Shown here: piece by piece, positions 38,581-52,794 of the stretch | How the letters are laid out: each line of letters opens with the position of its first letter | Position numbering within the stretch: the stretch's first letter is position 1 | Assembly: GCA_951406725.2 (NCBI GenBank) | Contig: OX597837.1 | Location: 20,150,001-20,214,000 of the forward strand | Length of the DNA: 64,000 nt | From: Octopus vulgaris | Taxonomy: Eukaryota | Reading direction: 5' to 3' | Notes under the pieces: generated by a model | What the model saw: only the letters and a program-made list of their open reading frames with translations | What the model was told of the DNA's origin: nothing | Databases searched by the model: none | Made by a program: the position numbers and the translations under genes

Positions 38581-38671
38581 GTTATTATTATTATTATCAT
38601 CATCAACATCATCATCATCATCATCACAAAGCGACATAGGGGACGTGCATACATATGTACATACGTACAAA

Positions 38672-38841
38672 GGCGGCGTGCTGGCAGAATCGTTAGCACG
38701 CCGGGCGAAATGCTTAGCAGTATTTCGTCTGCCGCTACGTCCAGAGTTCAAATTCCGCCGAGGTCGTCTTTGCCTTTCATCCTTTCGGGGTCGATTAAAT
38801 AAATACCAGTTACGCACTGGGGTCGATATAATCGACTTAAT
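38672..38841 (+). mobile_element. SINE family A (arm of an inverted duplication)
   Basis: Reverse complement of 37759-37928. Confidence 0.9.
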
Positions 38842-38850
38842 ATATAAGGC

Positions 38851-39361
38851 AAAAGTCAAACAAGTTGGCTCCAAGTCTCACCCAGAGACCTCAAGAGACA
38901 ACAGGTTGGAAGTTCACGTTGTTGTTATGCCTAGTGTGCCATATATTTGGGATTTTTTTGTTATACTAGTGAATGTCTAAAAAAAAAAAGAAAAAACCCA
39001 AAATTATGTTTGTTTTAAACCTTGAGATTACATAGAAAGTATATTGCGTAGGATATGAGCAGTTCCCATGATCACTATCTTTTGAATTTCTGCCATTTTG
39101 GGGTTTCCTGGTATCTGAGTTAGGTAGCAATCAGCCCCTTTTGCTATCATTCCCAGGGCACCTATGACAACAGGTATTGTTTTAGTCTTCAGGTTCCACA
39201 TTTTGCTGATTTCTATTTCAAGATCTTTATATTTGCTCAGTTTTTGGTAGGTCTTGACAGATACGTTTATATCGATTGGGACAGTCATGTCGATGAGGAG
39301 GCATGTTCTTAGTCTGAAGTGTATGTTCTTTGTCTGAAGTGGCATGTTCTTTGTCTGAAGT
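38851..39361 (-). mobile_element. 3' fragment of a second R4/Dong-like LINE family
   Basis: TCLLIDMTVPID..KLSKYKDLEIEISKMWNLKTKTIPVVIGALG..GTAHILRNILSM*, homologous to the C-terminus at 26160-26430 but with a different 3'UTR. Confidence 0.9.
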
Positions 39362-39407
39362 TTATTATTATTATTTATTATTATCATCATCATCATCATC
39401 ATCATCA

Positions 39408-39474
<67 letters not shown>

Positions 39475-39528
39475 CATCATCATCACCATCATCACCATCA
39501 ACATCATCATCACCATCATCACCATCAA

Positions 39529-39559
<31 letters not shown>

Positions 39560-39589
39560 TTTATTATTTATTATTATTGTTATTATTAT

Positions 39590-40011
39590 TGAGAAAGCAG
39601 TGCATCTACCAAAATAACACTGGGGTAAAATATACGAAGCCCCGTATACCCATCATGACTAGCCGTCTGATGAGGGTACACCAGGCACATGCATCACAAC
39701 CATACGTGCGCGACATGGTGATCTCATATCAAGATAAACAGCGCATGATCTTGCAGGTGGGGCCCAGTTAGAATTTTCTTCAGGTCGAGCAGCCCATCCC
39801 GCTCAAAAGGTCCCTGAATATGGGCTGTTTAGTGATGATGAACGAAACACCCATGTTTCCTGCTCGTGGTCAGAGAGGCACATATCGTCAGCCACTAAGG
39901 GACATGCTCAACTGGTTTAAAGTCAAACAAGTGTCAAGCAAAACTGTCGTATTCAGCAGAATATTTGCTGTAGCCCATCTTTTATACCAAGACAAAACAA
40001 TGTACATGATA
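39590..40011 (-). mobile_element. TAA-associated element, copy 4 (internally deleted)
   Basis: Homologous to copy 3 with a central deletion. Confidence 0.83.
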
Positions 40012-40792
40012 TTATTGTCGTTGTTGTGGTTTTTGTTGCTGTTGTTGTTGGTATTGCTGTTGTTGTTGTTGTTGTTGCTGTTGTTGTTGTTGTTGTTGTG
40101 TTTTTGTTGTTGTTGTTGTTGTTGTTGTTGTTATTATTAAGGCGGCGAGCTGGCAGAATCGTTAGCACGCCGGCTAAATGCTTAGCGATATTTCGTCTGT
40201 CGCTATGTTCCGAGTTCACATTCTGCCGAGGTCACCTTTGCCTTTCATCCTTTCGGAGTCGATAAATAAAGTGCCAGATGAGTATTGGAGTCAATCTAAT
40301 CGACTATCCCCGTCCCCACAAAATCCAGGGCTTGTGCCCATAGAGGGAAGGATCATTACTATTACAAAGGCGGCGAGCTGGACGAAATGCAAAGTGGTAT
40401 TTCGCCCGTCGCTACTTAGCTCTATTTCGTATGCTGTTACGTTGTGTGTTCGAATTCATCCTAGATCGACTTAGCCTTTCATCTTTTCTGGATTGATAAA
40501 TTTAGTGCCAGTGAAACACTGGGGATCGATGTTATCGACTAGTCCCCTGCTCCCAAATTTCAGGTGTTGTTCCTTTAGTTGTAAGGATTATTATTATTAT
40601 TATCGTTGTTGTTGCATTTATTGCTCTGCTGATATTGTTGTTGTTCCTGTTTCTTCTTCTTCTTCTTCTTCTTCTTCTTCTTCTTCTTCTTCTTCTTCTT
40701 CTTCTTCTTCTTCTTCTTCTTCTTCTTCTTCTTCTTCTTCTTCTTCTTCTTCTTCTTCTTCTTCTTCTTCTTCTTCCTCCTCCTCTTCTTCT

Positions 40793-40827
<35 letters not shown>

Positions 40828-41589
40828 TTTCTTCTTCTTCTTCTTCTTCTTCTTCTTCTTTCTTCTTCTTCTTCTTCTTCCCATCAGGACTCACGCCATT
40901 AGCTACAAAGAATAATCTCTAATTCGGGCCTCCTCTAAGCTACTAAGAATGAGTGTGGCAACTTGAAGATCCACCCACCACACGCGATAGACTGGCGGTT
41001 GCACGGGCGCGAAAGCTACGTTGTTATCCTCATTCCATAAACGGTGGCTTTTAACGGGTGGAGAGTTGAACTATCCTAGAGTACAGAGGATTTGCAATCT
41101 AGACTAGGTTCTGAAAGTTTACCACACCATAGTGTGTTACACCATGGTTCCTCTGCTTTGTGGCAGAAGTAGGAAGAAAGAGTAAGAGAAAGTTGTGGTG
41201 AAAGAGTACAGCGGGGTTCACCACAACGCCCCGCCGGAGCCTTGTGGAGTTCACGTGCTTTTGCTCAACAAACACTCACAATGCCCGGTCTAGGGATTGA
41301 AACGACCACAAGTCTGCTGCCCTAACCACTGAGCCATTGCGCCACCACCCTGCTGTTGTTGTTGCTGCTGCTGCTGTTGTTGTTGTTCTTGTTAATGCTG
41401 TTTTTGTTGTTGTACACGGTGGTGGTGTCGGGTCTTCAAATGTAATGATAGAAGAAAACAAAAAGGAAGCCTGGAAGATTGCGACAAAGACATAATACAG
41501 GTTAAATGTCGATATTGGAAAATGTATACAAATAACCATATCAATACAAAAACCATTGATTTCTTTTCTTTTGCAGGTTAATAGCAATT

Positions 41590-41630
<41 letters not shown>

Positions 41631-41733
41631 CACACAGAGGCATATATCTTCATATACATATAAACACACACATATATATGCATGTATGCATACGTATATA
41701 TATTTATACATGTGTGTGTTTATGTATGCGTAA

Positions 41734-41773
<40 letters not shown>

Positions 41774-42127
41774 TTAAATGTTACAGTTTGTAAATGGAAG
41801 GGGAAAGGAGCACTCAATACACAGTTTACATGTTTACACTGTTTATTTACACTGAATTCCATCTTTCCTGAATCGTGTGAGTTTCATTCCATTACCATCT
41901 TTTAGACTGCACACACACACATACACACACACATACACACACACATACACACATACATACACTCACACGCGCACACACACATATACACACACATATATAC
42001 ACACACGTAAAGATACATACATGTGTGTATGTATGTACCTACATTGACACACACACACGCGCACACGGATATATACACACCCATACACCCACGCATATAT
42101 ATACACACACATACACACATATGAACA

Positions 42128-42179
<52 letters not shown>

Positions 42180-42245
42180 TATATGAACAGATATGATATA
42201 AATATACTTTATATATGTATATACATGTATAAGTATATTCTCGCA

Positions 42246-42347
<102 letters not shown>

Positions 42348-42361
42348 TGTATGTATTATGG

Positions 42362-42392
<31 letters not shown>

Positions 42393-42773
42393 GCCTACCT
42401 CTCCATAGTGTATAAATACATTACATTTAACGCCACACGTTGCATGCAGTTCATTGTCTCAATGTTGAATAACATTCTCAGATCAAGCCTAATCGATATT
42501 TGTCTTTTTGGGGCTTATGTACATTCATTCCTGTTTGATATCATTAAAATAGAAATATCAGACAACACACTTCACCGTGTCTCCACCCGGATTAAAATAA
42601 ACAAGGTGAAAAAATCAACGCCGAATTACTAAAAGGGGGAGAATAACAATGAAAAAGTCAGGAGTTTATGATAGGTGAATGAAGGTGGTGATAGAGTGAC
42701 TGAGTGAATGAGAGACACACACCATATGTGCTCACACGTAAAGGTGGAGGTGTGGAAGTTTGAAGTGTTCATA

Positions 42774-42996
42774 TACTCTTTACTCTTTTACTATTTTATT
42801 TGTTTCAGTCATGTGACCGTGACCATGCTGGAACACTGCCTTTAGTCGAGCAAATTGACCCCCAGAACTTTTTCTTTGTAAGCCTAGTACTTATTCTATC
42901 GGTCTGTTTTGCCGAACCGCTATGTTACGGGGAGGTAAACACACCAGCATCGGTTGTCAAGCGATTTTGGGAGGGAGGGACAAACACAGACACACA

Positions 42997-43086
<90 letters not shown>

Positions 43087-43269
43087 CTCTCATATATATA
43101 TATGTATACATACATATACATATATATACAACGGGCTTCTTTCAGTTTCCGTCTACCAAATCCACTTACATGGCTTTGGTCGGCCCGAGGCTGTAGTAGG
43201 AGTGCCCAAGGTGCCACGCAGTGGGACTGAACGCGGAACCATGTGGTTAGTAAGCAAGCTACTTACCAC
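42774..43269 (-). mobile_element. SINE family B
   Basis: Reverse complement of the 33444-33883 type. Confidence 0.9.
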
Positions 43270-43489
43270 TTATATATATTGTGTTATCATTTATACAACA
43301 CCACACTGAGAACCTTCCCTGCATTGGATCTTGAGCCTACCTTGAACCATGGACGTTTGTTTTGTATTTGGTCCTTACTTGTGAATGTGTGCATGACTGG
43401 AAGTACAAATCCGTCTATGCCTTTGTGCAGTGACTCTCAACAATTATTTTTTACCTTTGGACTCTTTTGATTCTTATTATATTCTACTG

Positions 43490-43685
43490 CATCCCCATAA
43501 CCATTCGATGCTTTAAAAAATCCTACAATATTTTTATAATTAAATATTATTAGGAATTGTGTAATACAAACGTGTTAAAATATTTCGTTTGTTCTAGAAA
43601 TATAACCAACTTAGTGCACATAAAATTCAGCAACAAACTCTCATGTGGACCCCGAAGGGCCACATGGACCCCGGTTGAGAATCCG
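43490..43685. mobile_element. hAT-like MITE end
   Basis: aaccattc..tttaaaaaatcct...atggacccc..ggttgagaatc recurs at about 48547-48744, ending gagaatcactg. Confidence 0.55.
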
Positions 43686-43723
43686 TATTCACTGTTAATA
43701 CACAGGTATGCTATCCTCGATTC

Positions 43724-45614
43724 GGTCTCCGGTCAATATCGTCGACGGCAATTTGTCGTCGTTTAATTTGCCCCCAATCAATTCGTCCCCGGTCAATTCA
43801 TCGTCAGTCAATTCGTTACTATATTACATATTTACTTTTCTTAAAATTTGAGATTGTGTGCAATTGCTTTTAAGAAAAATAATTTTTGGCTTGGATCATA
43901 TTTTTCTATGACATTTTTTATACGAAGGCTCATATCTTTGTATTTTTTTGGCGGGCCGGAGCTTGGTTCTTCTCCTTGCATAAATTTCTGCAATTTGGTT
44001 CTGGCAAACCTCTCCTCACATTTAATCACATCAATTAGTTTCCAAATACCCGAATGACTAATATTCACTGTGTTTTTCAGCGCACTGTGGTAGGCTTCTA
44101 AACTATTTGTATTACGAGTAATCTCCGCCATACATCGATCCCAAACATTCCAAATAAGTAATGGAAATGGAGGTTCAAGGCGTCACCTCCTCTGTCCTCT
44201 TTCTCTAGGTCAGTGGCACCCAACCTTTTCACAGTGGTTCCCAACAGCGGTTTTATTGAAATGAGTTTCCCCATGGTCCCCTTTTAATATGCTTATCTTT
44301 ATGTATATGTATATACAAGAAATTTTGAATTTAGTTCACGGTCCCCCATTACTACCTTTGCGAACCACCAGGGGTCTGCAGACCCCAGGTTAGGAACCAC
44401 TGCTCTAGGTGGTCCTATATAATCATTTTCAAAATAGGATACAATTGACTGTGAAATATCATCATCTACAAGTTGTTCATATCCATCTACAACATCATCA
44501 ACCGGCAGGAAGAAGACAAGGGCAACAAAACGCCGTATTTTTAGATTAAAAACTGCCATCTTCGTGATATCTATATTTTAGTCCTTCTTGCACAACATAC
44601 TGGTCCTAAATGAAACAAGCAGCATACCAAATTCGACCCAGGAAACGATTCCAGAAATCCGTTATGGGCTGCATTTTCGAAATCCATAATTATATTATCA
44701 GGTCCCCCATTCTGCAGTAATTCATTTATTTTAGCAAAAAATTTTGACTTTTGTCAGAGAGCAATGTTCCATCTGCCGTCCAGTTTATGTGCTGTTTTAA
44801 CTGTCCAAGTGCTTCGTCACTTGCAAATATTAGTTTTCATTTTGAATCTTCTATCCCGCTGTCATATAGTAAAAACGTTTCATCATTGTCAAGGTAGGAA
44901 TATTCACTTGGAATGGAAAACCCAACATTCGTAAGTTGGGTGGTAGGATAGTTGGAATCAGCTTGCCTCCAACGTTTAATATTCCTATTAAGCTGTGCAA
45001 GCGGAGGTATTTGCGACAATGTACAGTGTTTTCAATTCTGAACTTCACTACCGATAATTGAGCGAGGAGCGTCACGAGATGAAATAGACTTTAAATTAAT
45101 ATTTGAAACTATTATCCTTGCATTTACCTCTGGAGCAGTTGAAGCGTGATTAGGGATCCCAATCTTCTTGAATTCTTTATAAGTTTCTTCTCAATGAAGT
45201 CTCGCCTTGCACACACGATTTTCACATCTCCAGTATATCTTCAATCCATCTGCATTCTGTTTATTTTTTGTGTATATATGATTTTCTTGATCGACCACTT
45301 TGATTTTTCCTTTCTCTGAAGTTATGATCTTGCAGGTAGCCATGTTGATGGGTAGGCGTATCGAATATATTTAATTCGATTTGCTTGAAAATCTTTGTTC
45401 GTAAACTGTTCAGCGTAGATACTTAAGAGGGAGAAAGAGAGGGAGAGAGTTAAAGAAAGAAAAAATATCTAAAACCATCCAACGACAATTTTAATTCTAA
45501 ATTGATTGTTCTCAACTTTCACTAGAAAATCACATTTAAGAATATTTTGGGACGAATTGGTCAACGACGAATTGACCGACGACGAAATAAGTGGAGACGA
45601 ATTGTCCTCGCACC
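43724..45614 (-). mobile_element. Mutator-like (MULE) transposon with FLYWCH-MULE transposase pseudogene
   Basis: ATG at 45343: MATCKIITSEKGK..HIY..IYWRCENRVCKARLH, WTADGT, IIMDFENAA..FP..CCLFHLG, RNTNSLEAYH, stop at 43841. TIRs are built of ~15-bp GGTCAATTCGTC subrepeats. Probable 9-bp TSD cctcgattc (43715-43723) / cctcggctc (45615-45623). Confidence 0.88.
44211..44402. mobile_element. hAT (Charlie-type) MITE nested in the MULE
   Basis: CAGTGG...CCACTG ends and a perfect 8-bp TSD CTCTAGGT at 44203-44210 and 44403-44410. Confidence 0.9.
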
Positions 45615-45744
45615 CCTCGGCTCTACCTTGGCATATTCGTTATTAAAATACCTCGATTCTATTGGATCCTGAAAATAATTATTATACACAAACACACACA
45701 CACGCGTGTATAGACAAATACCATCGAGTAAACACGCTTTTCCC

Positions 45745-46065
<321 letters not shown>

Positions 46066-46113
46066 TTGAATGCATATATATATATATATATATATATATG
46101 CATTTTTGAATGC

Positions 46114-46169
<56 letters not shown>

Positions 46170-46185
46170 GTATGTATATTTTATA

Positions 46186-46822
46186 CGAGGGGAAGTAAGA
46201 ATTTTCTTCGACGCTTGCTGCTAAAGGGTGGTACTCTGACGGTTATATAACCATAAGACATTGATCGCTCCAGTTCTCTTTCTTGTGTTACAAAACAAAT
46301 GTGACCGCTCCGTTGGCAGTGTGTCATGTCTGAATGTGTGTCAGAGGCTAAAATTTATCGCAAGCTTTCAGCACAGTACGGCGACAGCTCCCTACCATGT
46401 AAAGGAGTGTATGAGTGGATCGAGGCGTTTAAAAATGGCCGTACGGGCGTGAATTATGAAGAAGGAGCATGACATCCATCAACCTCCACTACTGACCAGA
46501 AGATTCGATAAGCTCGAGAGATGGTCCTGACGAACTGACCAGTGACCATCGACGAGATGGCATATTCTCTACAAATAAGCCATGGTTCTACTGGCGAAAT
46601 CATCGGCGACAAACTTCGCTTCCATTAAGTCTGTGCGAAATGGATGCCAAAAGATCTTACCGAAGCGCGCAAAAGCGCAACCGTGGGGAGATCTGTCAAC
46701 GCTTACACGACTGCTACAACGATGAAGACGAAAATGTTTTAGGAAGGAGAGACAAGAGATGATACTTGCATTCATCACTTTGAGCCAGACTCCAAAAGGT
46801 AGAGAATGGAGTGGAAACACTG
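46186..46822 (+). mobile_element. decayed mariner, 5' part
   Basis: TA|CGAGGG start. Reads EWIEAFKNGRTGV, VCAKWMPKILTE (WVP motif) and DDTCIHHFEPDSKR*RMEWKH. Confidence 0.8.
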
Positions 46823-46911
46823 CTATCCTTCATTCTTATAAAGTGTCCAGTCCAACGTAACCGGTGCCTGTGCACCATCGCCTCAATACTCAAGATATCA
46901 GCTGCCCTCAT
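46823..46911 (-). mobile_element. RTE-like LINE fragment
   Basis: [29 protein letters not shown]. Confidence 0.7.
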
Positions 46912-47327
46912 ATATATATATATATATTTATACATACATACATACATATATATACATATATACATATATATACACACACACATATATATATGCATACATA
47001 GGTATACATATCTATATACATGTGTGTGTGCATGTGTGTAGATAGATGGATGTTGAGGAATGTTCACAGTGGTTGTGGTATACGCTGGTATTCTCCCGTG
47101 TGCCATACATGCTGCAGCTTGATTGAAACACTGCCAGTGAGTTGCGGTTCAAGTTTAGGCAGGAAGTCAACTTGAGCGCTATTTGCATCTACTTTAGCAT
47201 CTTACGTCATAAGATGTAATGTTACCTTTAAATACACACACACACACACATATATATAAATATATACATACAATTATATATATATATACACATATATATA
47301 TATATATATATATACAAATATATATAT

Positions 47328-47388
<61 letters not shown>

Positions 47389-47543
47389 TGAGTAGTTTTA
47401 CGGAGTGCCAATTCTAAGAGAATGTGTTGGCAAACAACTTAGAGACTTGTTGATAACAGATTCATTTAGAATTGACAGAGCGAACTTTGCAAATCAGTCA
47501 TCAAATAAAATATAAATACATACATAACATACATACACGCACG

Positions 47544-47613
<70 letters not shown>

Positions 47614-47720
47614 TATTAACACACAAATGCACAAATACAAAAGAAGGTGGAAAAAACAGCAGTGCTCAAATACCAAATGTAGAGTCATGTACTTTTTATT
47701 AAAGCTGAATTTTCACAAAC

Positions 47721-47827
47721 TGTTACTCAGAGTTTCATGCTACCGTTCGTTGGATTGTTTTGATCATATTCTATGTGAGTATGATCACAACTGTCCGACG
47801 AACAGTCACGGGAAACTCTGAGTCACA
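47721..47827. other. long bulge-free hairpin (pre-miRNA-like or tiny palindromic element)
   Basis: Arms 47721-47771 and 47777-47827 pair in register around loop TATGT. Confidence 0.6.
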
Positions 47828-47883
47828 TATTTGGAGTACTTTTTCAGCTTTGATAAAAGTGTGTGTGTGTGTGTGTGTGTGTG

Positions 47884-47930
<47 letters not shown>

Positions 47931-49046
47931 GTGCGTGTGTGATTGTGTGTGTGTGAGTAGAAGAGAAGAGAAGACAAGAGAATACATCTCATAAGAATAA
48001 AGTTACTCTATATTGCAATGGATCACGTACCTGTAGATTTTGTTTAAGTGAGAAATTCCAGGCGTTGAAGTAACAACAGCGATTTCTCAACAAAAGTTCC
48101 GAAATGTTTTCTACCTGTCGCCATGGAAGAAAACTTCTCTAGGAGAATTATTTCTGAATGTCTAAATATTAGTGACTAAAGGACATATATTTATAGAAAT
48201 CGAATCATACGAATTCCTCGATTATCAAGATTACATGCCTGGGTTGCTTTGTCTCCCCCTGTTCTTCTAAATTTTATATAATGTGACCTGCTCTGAACCA
48301 TAATAATCGACCGTATACAATATCTGATTCAACATTTCTCTGATAAACACGGCTGTGAAGCACTGGACAGTTATGGAAATCACCATGAACTGTTTAATTA
48401 TAATATATACTTGGTACATTGTACTGATTACTCGTTTCTTTCGTTTGAACTGAAAAACATAATACGTAGCAATGTATATCTTATATAATACTTTTTTTTT
48501 TTACCTATGAACTTCTTTGGTTTCTATTTTACTCGGATGGACCTTTCTAACCATTCAATCCTTTAAAAAATCCTGTAAATTTTTTATAATGAAATGTTAT
48601 TAGAAATTGTATTAAAAGAAATTGTGTATTGTAGAAGTATGACCAATTTATTGCAAATAAACTCTAATAAACAAAATCTTATATGGATCCCTAAGAGGCG
48701 TATGGACCCCCAAGAGCCATATGGACCTCGATTGAGAATCACTGGTATACACAGACACAGATATACACGAAGGCGCACGCGCACATACACACACACACAC
48801 AGAGACACGCAGACGAACACACATTCAAACACATGTGCGCGCGCGTTCATACTTATACACACATATAAAATGGGAAGGAAGGAAAGAGAAAGGAAGACAG
48901 AAAGAAAATTTTTTAGCAGGGTTTTGGTATGTATATGTACACACACGCACACATACCGACGCAGACACCCCCCCACACACACACACACACAGCACATATG
49001 TATATGTGTGTATGTATATATATATATATATATATTTATCTATATA

Positions 49047-49442
49047 GGCGCAGGAGTGGCTGTGTGGTAAGTAGCTTGCTAACCAACCACATGGTTCCGG
49101 GTTCAGTCCCACTGCGTGGCATCTTGGGCAAGTGTCTTCTGCTATAGCCCCGGGCCGACCAATGCCTTGTGAGTGGATTTGGTAGACGGAAACTGAAAGA
49201 AGCCTGTCGTATATATGTATATATATATACGTATGTGTGTTTCTTTGTGTGTCTGTGTTTGTCCCCCTAGCATTGCTTGACAACCGATGTCCCCGTTACT
49301 TAGCGGTTCGGCAAAAAAGACCGATAGAATAAGTACTGGGCTTACAAAAAGAATAAGTCCCGGGGTCAAGTTGCTCGATTAAAGGTGGTGCTCCAGCATG
49401 GCCGAAGTCAAATGACTGAAACAAGTAAAAGAGTAAAAGAGT
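49047..49442 (+). mobile_element. SINE family B
   Basis: Full-length with a small internal deletion. Confidence 0.92.
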
Positions 49443-49468
49443 ATATACATATGTATGTAAGCATATAA

Positions 49469-49514
<46 letters not shown>

Positions 49515-49845
49515 CTCCACGCAATAAAACACACAAGTATGTATGTCTGTCTGTATCTGCCTGTGTGTCTGTCTGCTTGTGTCTGTGCGTGTGTCTGTCT
49601 GCTTGTGTCTGTGTGTGTGCGTGTATGTTTGTATATCTATTATTAATGTATTATTAATACGTTCAGTATACATATATAAGAAACAGAACATTTACAATAT
49701 TAGGACGAATACACACACACACACACACATACATGCATACATGCATACGTACGTACATATACACATTTATACGCACATATGTTACATCTATATGTGCATA
49801 TAGAAGCAATTACCAATTAGCAATGTATACACATACATACACCCA

Positions 49846-51204
49846 TATGTATGTATGCGTGTATGTATGTATGTATGTATGTATGTAAGTATGTATGTAT
49901 GCATGTATTTATGTATGTTGTATGTATGTATGTATGTATGTATGTATGCATGTATGTATGTATGTATGCATGTATGTATGTATGTATGTATGTATGTATG
50001 CATGTATGTATGTATGTATGTATGTATGTATGTATGTATGTATGTATGTATGTATGTATGTATGTATGTATGTATGTATGTATGTATGTATGTATGTATG
50101 TATGTATGTATGTATGTATGTATGTATGTATGTATGTATGTATGTATGTATGTATGTATGTATGTATGTATGTATGTATGTGTGTATGTATGTATGTATG
50201 TATGTAGTATGTATGTATGTATGTATGTATGTATGTATGTATGTATGTGTGTATGTATGTATATGTGTATGTATGCATGTATGTATGTATGTATGTATGT
50301 ATGTATGTATGTATGTATGTATGTATGTATGTATGTGTGTATGCCTGTATTTGTATGTATGTATGTATGTACGTACGTATGTATGTATGCATGTATGTAT
50401 GTATGTATGTATGTATTTATGTATGTATGTATGTATGTATGTATGTATGTTTGTATGTATGTATGTATGTATGTATGTATGTATGTATGTATGTATGTAT
50501 GTATGTATGTATGTATGTATGCATGTATGTATGTATGTATGTGTGTATGCCTGTATTTGTATGTATGTATGTATGTACGTACGTATGTATGTATGTATGT
50601 TTGTATGTATGTATGTATGTATGTTTGTATGTATGTATGTATGTATGTTTGTATGTATGTATGTATGTATGTATGTTTGTATGTATGTATGTTTGTATGT
50701 ATGTATGTATGTATGTATGTATGTATGTATGAATGTATGTATGTATGTATGTATGTATGTATGTATGTTTGTATGTATGTATGTATGTATGTATGTATGT
50801 ATGTATGTATGTATGTATGTATGTATGTATGTATGTATGTATGTATGTATGTATGTATGTATGTATGTTTGTATGTATGTATGTATGTATGTATGTATGT
50901 ATGCATGCATGTATGTATGTATGTATGTATGTATGTATGTATGTATGTATGTATGTATGTATGTATGTATGTATGTATGTATGTATGTATGTATGTATGT
51001 ATGTGTGTATGTATGTATGAATGTATGTATGTATGTATGAATGTATGTATGTATGCATGTATGTATGTATGTATGTTTGTATGTATGTATGCATGTATGC
51101 TTGTATATATGTATGTATGTGTGTATGTATGTATGTATGTATGTATGTATGTATGTATGTATGTATGTATGTATGTATGTATGTATGTATGTATGTATGT
51201 ATAT
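49846..51204. repeat. ~1.35-kb (TATG)n array
   Basis: Directly visible; source of the MYVC/HTYI ORFs. Confidence 0.98.
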
Positions 51205-51855
51205 GCATTATAGCAAGAGTATGCGTGTATCGAAGGAAGCAGGGTGGAGTGCAAGCTAGGAAATAAGGGAACAACGAGCTAATAATGAGGGAAGGGAGGA
51301 AGAGAGCGAACAAGTTGGAAACTTAGTTGAGTGATATGAACGTGTGTGAGTGTGCGCGCGTGCGTGTTTGTGTCTGGGTGTGTGCGTCTGAAACGGAAGC
51401 TATAAAAAAGTGCAGCTGATAAGGTGGAAAGAGAATATAATACGTGGAAGATAAGAAATGTAAGAGTTTTTGGTGAAAAGACGAGAAAGAATTGTATGGA
51501 GGAACTAGCTAAATCCGTTGGGAGATGACGAGAGTGTATGGAGAAATGAGAGGGGGGGAAATGATAGAAAGAATAGAGGGAAATAGGAGGAGGAGGAGGA
51601 GGAGGAGGGGAAGTAGAAAGAAAAGAATGAAAAGAAAGGAAAGATAGCCTGAAAGGCAGACGGACAGACGGACGGAGAGTTAGATATATAGATAGACAAA
51701 TAGACAGATAGACAGACAGATAGGCAAATTGATAGACAGATAGACAGACAAACAGATGGCAGGCAGACAAACAGATAATAGAGAGAGAGAGAGAAAAAGA
51801 GAGAGAGAACACAGACAGTCAGTCAGACAGACAGACATGCACACTGATAGGTAAA

Positions 51856-51886
<31 letters not shown>

Positions 51887-51948
51887 TCAGATACGAAAGA
51901 GAAACACAGACAGTCAGTCAGAGAGACTCATAGACAAGCAGACTAATT

Positions 51949-52017
<69 letters not shown>

Positions 52018-52141
52018 GTAGGAAGATAGATAGATAGAGCAAGAAATAAGAGAAGAAGAGAAGAAAAGGAAAGAAAAAGAAATAGAGAGAAATGACAGGT
52101 TAAAAAGACGAGCTGAACAGGCGAACGAAAGAAGAGATGTG

Positions 52142-52242
52142 AGGAAGGAAGGAAGGAAGGAAGGAAGGAAGGAAGGAAGGAAGGAAGGAAGGAAGGAAGG
52201 AAGGAAGGAAGGAAGGAAGGAAGGAAGGAAGGAAGGAAAGAG

Positions 52243-52304
<62 letters not shown>

Positions 52305-52336
52305 GAAAGAAAGAAAAGAAGGAAAGAAGGAAGGAA

Positions 52337-52372
<36 letters not shown>

Positions 52373-52401
52373 GGAAGGAAGGAAGGAAGGAAGGAAGGAA
52401 G
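52142..52401. repeat. (GGAA)n/(GAAA)n polypurine tract
   Basis: Directly visible. Confidence 0.95.
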
Positions 52402-52794
52402 GGTTTATTTGGAGGAGAAGGAGAGGAGGAAAATGCAGAGTGGAAAAAGAATGAGACAATAACTAAGGTGAAGGACAGAAGGAGATAGGGGCGAAAGCCC
52501 TGAGGGTAGGAAGTGAAGAGAACGAAATGAGAGAAGAATGAAGAAAAGAAAAGAAACGAAAAAAACCATAGGAAGGAAAAGGAGGGAAAATGAGGGTTGA
52601 AAGTAATGTAGGAAGCTCTGAAAAGAAGAAGAATATAAAAGCAGAAGGTACGACAGAAGAGAGCTAAGAAGAAAGAAACGAATGAATAGGAGAAGGAAAA
52701 TGAAAGAAGATGAGGTGTAAGTACGAAGGAAATATGAAGAAATAATGTGAGGATAATATGCAGAAATATGACATGACTGATGTAACATGTTTCA

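Noticed and set aside
49788-51313. Long ORFs of 300-488 aa (HTYI/MYVC repeats) and similar YI, CV, HT, YLPT and poly-K/R/S ORFs throughout
   Set aside because: They are translations of stop-free microsatellites, with no domain content.
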